This document shows positions 47,201-56,200 of a stretch of 64,000 nt of DNA, piece by piece. A model generated the notes under the pieces. It had not been told where the DNA came from. It made no database searches and was given only the letters and a program-made list of their open reading frames with translations. The position numbers and the translations under genes are program-made. The first letter of the stretch is position 1, and the number at the start of each line of letters is the position of its first letter. Origin of the DNA: Asterias rubens (taxonomy: Eukaryota); NCBI RefSeq assembly GCF_902459465.1, contig NC_047080.1:11222001-11286000 (forward strand), read 5' to 3'.

Positions 47201-50200
47201 AATGTAACTCCCCCAAGAAAGTTGCGCCGTAACTGTATACGGTGCTTTTTTTCCTCTCACTGTGGTGAAATAAAAGCCACAAGCTGAATTTCTGCAGCTG
47301 GTTTTCCCGTCCGTCACGCCCGGCTAGCTGGCGAGAGCTTGCACAGCCTCCCTAATTCCCTATATATATATCAATATATCATGGTGCCTATCTACTGCTG
47401 GCAGATCTCATTTAGGACAGGAAATTCCTAAAAACAGTTAGGAAGTTAATATCTTAGTGTCATGGGAGGTAATTGCCATAAATTTTGGTTCTTTAATATT
47501 GCAAGACCTCCCTCGCTCGGAGAGCAGAGCCCGTTGGTGATGACGGTCAGGGATGGGCAAACATCGCTCAGACGTGAAATGCTGTTTTTAGTGGGAAATT
47601 AAAAACAGAGGGCTCGTCCATCACGTTTCTTGTCTCATTACGCGACGTGTGGGGAGACAGACACGGTGGGGGATGGGGTGGGGGAGGGGAGGGGGAATGA
47701 TGGTGACACATTGTTGGAAATTAGGTCATTGCGCATAGGTTAGTTTCGCAGAGTGTAGTTCAGTGTAGGTTGGTCTTGTGTATTTGTTGCTCATCATCTT
47801 GTTTGTCAAACTGCAGTCATTTTGATATTTAAAGATCTATTTTAGTGTCAGTTATATTGTCATTTTGAAGGCTAAAAAAGCCATTTAGAGTAAAGTGCAA
47901 CAATGGAAAACCTTTGCAGTCTATCTGCCATTCAACTTTATTCTGGATCAAAACATCTTACGAAACTGTGAGCCATAATGACTAGAAAAAGTGTTGTCTA
48001 GTTACTTAATCACACTTTCTTGACGTGTGTAATTCTTAATCACAGACGTTAAACCAATGTTTGTATGAGACAGATTGGCTGTTGATGGCTTGCCTTGGTG
48101 TTTATATCCCCTTGTGGGAGTTTGCCGAGTTCTCTTTGGCTGTTGATGGCTTGCCTTGGTGTTTATATCCCCTTGTGGGAGTTTGCCGAGTTCTCTTTGG
48201 CTGTTGATGGCTTGCCTTGGTGTTTATATCCCCTTGTGGGAGTTTGCCGAGTTCTCTTTGGCTGTTGATGGCTTGCCTTGGTATTTATATCCCCTTGTGG
48301 GAGTTTGCCTACTTCTCTTGTTGGGGAGATTGTCTAAACAAACAAACAAATTAGCTGAGACTTTCTCTGGATGCAGTGTTTGTACACAGCTCAAATTTCA
48401 ATGGAAGGGGTAGTAGTTGTTTCTTACAAATTCTACAACCTCATGATTTTGAAGAGATGTTGAACATCTTAATTCTTTTGCATCTTTTGTAAAAAATAGG
48501 CCCTATAAAATAACACAACGAAGAAAAGTTACTTATGTAAAACGCATCACAATAGCAAAGAATGGCAACGGAGAAATCACTTTATTATTCAGCGCGCTTT
48601 TAGAATCAAACTAATGATAATTGTCCTTTTTTATGACCACCATTTTGATATTTTACCTTTAATAACCGTAATATTTTCCATCCAGCATCATCCTTGAAAC
48701 CTGATCTAGTTGTCTATGTTTAATGATCTAAACGCCAATATATTGGCTGATAAGAGAATTTAAGCCACTCTAAGCTTCAAGAAATTGCCCTAATTTTGCG
48801 GTTACCCTGCCAAAGTACTACAATCGTTTGTTTGTTTATTCAGGACCTAATGACCGTGGAGGGAGGGAAAGCAGATACATCATCCCCCCCTCATAAAATA
48901 CATATAAAAAAAACCTGAGAAATGAACCCAAGGCAGCTGTTAGTGTTAGAGAAAGAGAAAAAAAAGAGACAGAGTTTGACGTGAGCTATTAAACCCCATT
49001 GCTCATTGTCTTGTAATTTTACCGCTCGTCCAATCATTGGTCGTGAATAATTGAAGAGTCCATTATGCCACTCGCTTCCCCACCACTTGTGTCCGAGCTC
49101 ACAGTAGAGCGCAGTAACACGGGCTAAAACAACGGCCTCTATGCTGCATGACGTTTTTTTTTTTTTGCTGGTTTTTTTTGGGTCCAGTGGTCCGGATCTT
49201 TGGCGGTGGAAAAAAAAAGGTCGCGAAGTAACACAGACTAAAACAACCGCCTCTTCTGCTCCACATTTTCTGTTTTTTGCTTTTTATTTGGTCCAGTGGT
49301 CTTGATCTTTGGAGCAGGGAAAGAAAGGTCGTGAAGTAACACTGGCTTAACACAATTTCTGGTTGTTTTATTTGGTCCAGTGCCCGGCCACTTTGGAGGC
49401 TGAGAAAGAAAGGGTTGTGTTTGACAGTCGAGGCGGGAGATATTTTTCCAGGGTGGGAAAGGGAGGTGGTGGGGGGAAAAGGACAAGTGTATGTATGGTA
49501 TTTTGGGAAGTACCATTTAGTGCATATTCCTTGTTATTGGTTCCCTTTAAATATTTTTGATAAGCAGATGGGCACGTGTTACCTTATGAGAAGCTTGGTA
49601 AACTGGAAACAGTTACTGGTGAGCAAGACTGTTTTGTGTTTAAAAGCAATTGTTTGAAAGAATAAACTAGAAATTAGTGAACTTCCGGATACAACCATGT
49701 AATAAATGTCTTTTGAGGGAGTGTTGGCTCTGAAAAGAGACGGTTTGGTCTTGACGTTTCAAACAGTATACTCTGCTCGTCTTCTGATAAAAAAAAATGA
49801 GCAGTTTGGTAAATGAATGGAGGGGTTGGATAAAGGAGGGTGGAGGGTTTGAGAAGGAGGGGGGGGAGTTAGAGAAACTGGATGTCAGCGATGAACCGTG
49901 TCTTTAAAGTTTTACAAGGGCTTTTCATCTTTCATCTGATGATAAGATGCCCCTAAGGCGGTCGTTGATGGGGATATTAACACCGCCAAATACAAAGCCT
50001 AGATTTCATTTTACGCATGGAGTGTCTCCAAATCGGATGATGACTGAATTAAAAGTTTCCGTGCCCTTTTTTCCCTCTTGCAATGATTACTGAAGTCCTT
50101 AAGAGGATTTTGAAGAGGAATTTACGCCGAGAGAGCAATTTTTGTCACCTTTGTGACTTAAGGTGGGCGCTTAAGTCTAACTGACATTCTTGACTTAACA

Positions 50201-53200
50201 AAATTAGCGCAACTTCACAGAAGATTGTTCTGGCCCTTGCTGAGTTATCGTTGGAAACATTAGCTTTTCAAGATGCAGTGGTGCCCCGATGACTCTGCAA
50301 GAGTTTTGGAGGTGAAAGGTTCGAATCCTGCCTAGAGGGTTATGCTGTGTCAATGACACCTTCTGCCCAGTTATCCCTCCCCATTATCATCCATACCACC
50401 CTAATCAGGGTATACTCCCACCCCAATCAATTCCTCTTCCTCTATGAGGGTATCCAAAATCCCCAATCGAGGGAAGCCAACGGATGTCAATTACACCTGC
50501 TGCCCAATTATTTCCTCCCGCTTTCATCCATACCACCCTAATCAGGGTATACTCCTACCCCAATCAATCTATCTACCCTAATGCAGGTATCCAAAGTCCC
50601 CAATCGGGGAAGCCAACGGATGTCAATGACACCTTCTACCCAATTATTCCGTCCTGTAACTCTCCCAAACCCATTAACAAGAAGACAAATCAATTAAGAA
50701 GTATCGCCAGAGGATGGCGTCTCTGTGACCCAGACGCTATCGTCACCATCTCATCCCCCTTCGCTTCTTTTCTGTCTTCCCATCTTCCCTCCGACCATCC
50801 ACTCCTCGAAGACGAGAAGAAAATAAAGAAGCTATGCAGATTGAATCCGACGTAGCATAAAATGAATTCGTGCGAGGTATCATCATCAGCGAGGCTGTAG
50901 CCCCCCTTCGCTGGCCTGTGTCCATTAACCTCCCTCGACTGCGACACGAAAGTGAGCATTAGAGACGACTTGTGTGATCATTAAGAAAAATGTGTTGTCA
51001 TTACGCTGTGATTAATTGTAATTGTCTGTCCTACAAGGGGCTCTAACCTAAGCACAACATCATCTAGCCCTGCTATTTCCCCCCCCCCCCCCCCCCCTCC
51101 ATTCACAAGTTAGCCTTGCTTCGTAGTTGCCGAGATGCAAAGAAAGAAAGTGACAATTTTTTAGGCATTGCATGGTGAGGTAATGTTTGGTTTGCAATTA
51201 CACCACGTGATTGTATTTATAATTGGTATTGGTTATTAATATTCCATTTATGACTACATCTCAAAACTTGGTGTTCAGCTGTTACCCGATGTTTCTTGAA
51301 TTATTATGGAATTTTATACACAAAATGTTAAAAGCTTCCCATATGACAAGCTTGCCTGCCAGGAAGGTCCTGGAATGTACAAGGACCCGCTTTTAGTAAA
51401 CAAAGGTTGCATGGTCTATAATGTTAAAGGAACATTACAGAATTGGTTTTGCTAACAAAACCGTTGCTGGCACTTTATGTAATCCACCATATACACCAAC
51501 TAACAAACCTGTAGAAGTTTGATACCAATTGGCAATGTGGGTCGCGAGAAAATCGATACACATTCTGCATTGCATTGATGCCAAAACAAAAAAGAATAAA
51601 ACGCTCACTGAGCAATAAACTCCAAACACGAAATTGGATTATTTATTTCTCATCAAATATGACATCTCAGACAGAAATATTTCAAGGGATGTTTTCTACT
51701 ATCATCATCATTAGACCGTGTAGAAGTGTTCAATTCTACATACAGAAAATATTTAACAAAATGAAGAGAACAATTCTAACCGTATAAATGCAAGCATGTA
51801 AGACCCCGTGCGCAATCGTCATACGAAACATGTAAGTCACACACAGCATTTTGGGAATCAACACATTAGCATGAAAAGGTGTTTGCTACAGATGTCCTGT
51901 TTGATGCAGCGATACATACATGTAGTTGTACATGTAGCCCGACTCACTATTGGATTGTGTTTGAATTAACGGCTTATGCAGTGGCTACGTCTATACAAAA
52001 GAACTATTCCTCAATGTTGCAGCCATTCTCAGTAGCCAAAGTCACTTCGTTTGGATGCTACCTAAGCATGCACTCCACCACTCACAACACTTGCATATTT
52101 CCAGCCCCGCGTTTCTCTCCAGAGGTTTGTGGCTTGTAACAAAGACTAGCTGTATCATCATCTGGACCCTACAGCAGAGCGTGATCAGATAAGCTATCCA
52201 CCCATACACCGGATGACAAAGGGGACTTGTTAATATTCCATTAATGGGGGCCCCACGTCTCTATCCAACCTTCTGCATCAATCAGAATCAGATTCTCACA
52301 GTTTCCTCGTTGCCGTTCTGGAACAGGAATTGGGCGAGAGCACTAGGAGGCCTGTAAAAGATTCATTGCAGAAAAGCTGAAAAAAGCACAAGTAGATCTC
52401 TCAAAATATTTCAGAAAGAGCACCATCTATTCCTCTCCTCAGGAATCTCCTTCATTTTATTTTTGATATAACTCCTTAATGTTGGCTTCTTATTTACGAT
52501 CTTATTTGGGTGAATTAGGGTCATTATTTCTATTTAAAAGTTTCAAAGGCGTACATGGATGTGAATATGGCATATTCTATCTTGGCCTGTTTAATTACAC
52601 TTCCTTATCATTTTGCTATAGAAGCGCCGCCCTGTACCCCAAGTGTTCTTTAAAGACACTGGACACTATTGGAAATTGTCAAAGACCAATTACCTATCAT
52701 ATGGACACATTAATTGTTTGTTCATTTTTGCAACTAGCGACCCCACAAAAGGCAGGTCAAAATAGCACCTTCAAGAGGCCTCTTTCCCATTCTGAAAACT
52801 GTGTGGTCGTGCAATCTTTATTTTTGGTTTTACAACTATTTCTCTGATGGGTTTTAAACCAAGCACGAGCAACCGGCCTTTGCTTGACAGAGTGTACCCT
52901 CTTCACGACAAATTTGCATCGAAAACAGAAAACATAGTCGTTGACAAAGACCCTTTGATGATGCTGTCGTAATCCTGCGATAAACTAACAAACATTCAAC
53001 CAGGGACCACACTTTGCGTCAAGATTTCCACTATCTGTTTGCATCTCTCTTGAATTTCATTCATTAAAATTCATACCTAATTAAACCGTAATCGGTATTT
53101 GTTGTTCATACAAACTCGATCAAACTGCACGCTGGTGGGTTCCTCCCTTGGTACGGTGTCTTAAGATGCTGAAATTGTATTTTGAAAGCCTTTTAACATC

Positions 53201-56200
53201 AAACTAACTGGCTCCTTGTACTCTCTTTAGTCTCTGAGAACCTGTTCCTAATCGGGCGATATCTCTCTAGAAATCAGTTGAGGTGTAACTGCACTTTTTC
53301 CAGAGCGATTGCTAAGTAGGGTTTTTCTTTTCTTCTGATGGCGATCGTAGTAAACTGATCGAAAGCGTTCCGCTTTTTTTTCCTTTACTTTTTTTTTACA
53401 ATACTGCTACGCATTAGAACCAGTACAATTCATTTAAGAGATTTTGTTTTTAATTTTGTGACTGCAAAGTATTTGAAATATTGCTGTATGTCAACTAGTC
53501 ATGTTAGCACGGGACTGGTGTTTCTGATCAGCAGAGTATGGGTTGGAGTCCTGGTCGTGGCACTTGTGTCCTTAAGCTAGATACTTTACCTTGAATGATT
53601 TGTCCTTCAGATGTGACATTAAACTGTAGGTCCCAGGTACTAGGAGTGGTAGTACACATAAAATAACACCCTGCAAGAGACTTGTTTACAGGTTTCCTCA
53701 GACCTGCAAGGCATTCTTAAGGTCATTACCAGAAATATATAGTACTTGTTGCTACAAAAGTACATACAGATACATAATACCAGTTAGTCATTAAAGGCAG
53801 TGGACACTATTGGTAATTGTCAAAGACTAGCCTTCACAGTTGGTGTATCTCAACATATGCATAAAATAACAAACCTGTGAAAATTTGAGCTCAATCGGTC
53901 ATCGAAGTTGCGAGACAATAATGAAAGGAAAAAACACCCATGTCACACGAAGTTGTGTACGTTTAGATGGTTGATTTCGAGACCTCAAGTTTAAAACTTG
54001 AGGTCTTGAAATCAAATTCGTGAAAAATTACTTCTTTCTCGAAAACTATGGCACTTCAGAGGGAGCAGTTTCTCACAATGTTTTATACCATCAACCTCTC
54101 CCCATTACTCGTCACTAAGAAAGGTTTTATGCTAATAATTATTTTGAGTAATTACCAAGAGTGTCAACTACCTTTAAAGTGCAACATTTTATTTTCCTCC
54201 CTGAAATATCTAATGAAAATAATTACCATAGGTTAATCTTACCATCCATAGAAATATTATTTGGACTTATCGATGGCAACACGTATAATTACCTGTTCTA
54301 TGCCCTGTAATACTTCTTGTTTGTGTGTGCGTCGGAGGGGGGGGGGGAGGTGAATAGTAGCCCATAACTGCGTTAGCAGCAAGATCAGATAAAAACGATT
54401 GTCGTGCATTGGTGACAAATGAGGCTTGTTAGTATGCCATTAACCGGGTTGCCCTGAATCATCCAGCTGCTCACTGCGCAGCGACTCATACCCCCTCAAA
54501 CTCCCCCGCTCTCCGATGACGACGCTTTCCCCTTCTTGGGGAGCAGAGGATCACCAGAATAGTTTCATTTTGATTCCATTTGTGATTAGACGTCGAGGAT
54601 GAGTTTGGGTGGCATTACCGTTGAAGGGCTGTTGTACTTTTAGCCCGGGCCCACGAGGGCGCTTCCCCATCAAAGACCCCCCCCCCCCCCTCACTCTCAG
54701 GCCCAGAGCCAGTTAATAATGTTGCAATCTTGTGAGATAACGATCGGTGGCACGTACACGTTTTTTAAGCCAGCGGGTGCTTGCTGGTCTTTGAAGAGTC
54801 TGTACTCCTCCTACATGGTGAATCATTTTTAGTTTGGAATTTATCAACCGAAAAAAAAGGTGGTATCTATACAGTTTTTATTGAGTCAATTTTGTATTCT
54901 TTTGGGTGGAAGTTGGCAATCACCAGGAACTTACTGTAAGAAGACCACATGGAATTGGGGCCAAAGAGAACATAGGCGGAAAGGGAACCATTTTTTTTTT
55001 TTTTTTTAAGAGAATAATAGCAAAATATATTTTCAATTTAATTCAAAATTAATGTTTAGGCCTATTTCCATACTTCATGACAATTTGTTTCAAATTTTTG
55101 TTTCTGGTCGGAAGCGAAAGGTCTGCATGTGAAAGAGTTAAAGGGACTGTGCTTAGTTCCCCCCCCCCCTCTCTCTCTGTGAACACATGTACTGTTTACA
55201 ATGTATACCATTGCCATTCTTGTGTGGTACCCAGACTGCCTGCAAAGACTAAGTTTTAAGAACAAGTTAAAGGCACCAGTCTCTTGTGAACACAGCCTCA
55301 GCTTGAATCCTTTACAGAATAGTGTATTCCGAAATCAACATGTCCAGCGATAACAAAATAAGGTTTATGATTCCGCAAAAAGTTGGACGTACTCTCCCCT
55401 CATCCTTTGATTATGTAATCCCCCTCCCATCATCCAAACTAAAAACAACAATTTCATCTGACTTTTAAAAAGAAATTCTCTCCGCAGACTTAAATTTCGT
55501 AAGCGTACTTCCTCAGTCTAATGTACTACTCTTGGAATCTCTGGTGAGGTATTCGTTCAGCCATACTTCCCCCTTCATCAAAAGGGAGTCCCAATTATTT
55601 GTCGTTGATCAAGTTCACATCTGTCGCCCCCATTAGGGAAGATTTCTTGTAAGGGCATAGGATATTGATACGGGTGGGTGATTGTGGGGTGGGGGGGGGG
55701 GGGTGGGGGGAGGTCATTCAGCATCACTATTCAATTGTAGTCCAATAGTTTTTGAGGAATTAGAAACACATTTGGTGATGAATTATTCACGAGGACAAGT
55801 GTGTTCACTTTAGCCGCTAAGCAGAAGTGGATTTGCTAAGCACAATTGAATTGAGAAGGGAGCCCTAGTTCTTCAAGCAACATTCAGTATTCTGTTCTGC
55901 AGAATTTATGAAGTCAGGTTGCTGCTTTAACATTTTGTTGAACACATTAATGATACTATTAAACCCTGTTAAAGATTCCAGTGAAAATGTTGAATATATC
56001 ATTAAACCTATTTTTACAAATATTATAAAACTATTAAACCCAGTAAAAGACACTGCTTAATCTGTTAAAAATACTATTAAACCTGTTGTTTATTGGTCAA
56101 ATTTTGCTGAAAGTCACATGATAAATGCTGTGACCCGAACTTTATCCCACTCTTGTCAGACATCAAAGTAAATTTTAAATCAACAACTTTTCAAGAGCTG

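Noticed and set aside
48156-48413. 85-aa hydrophobic ORF
   Set aside because: Derived from the 61-bp tandem repeat.
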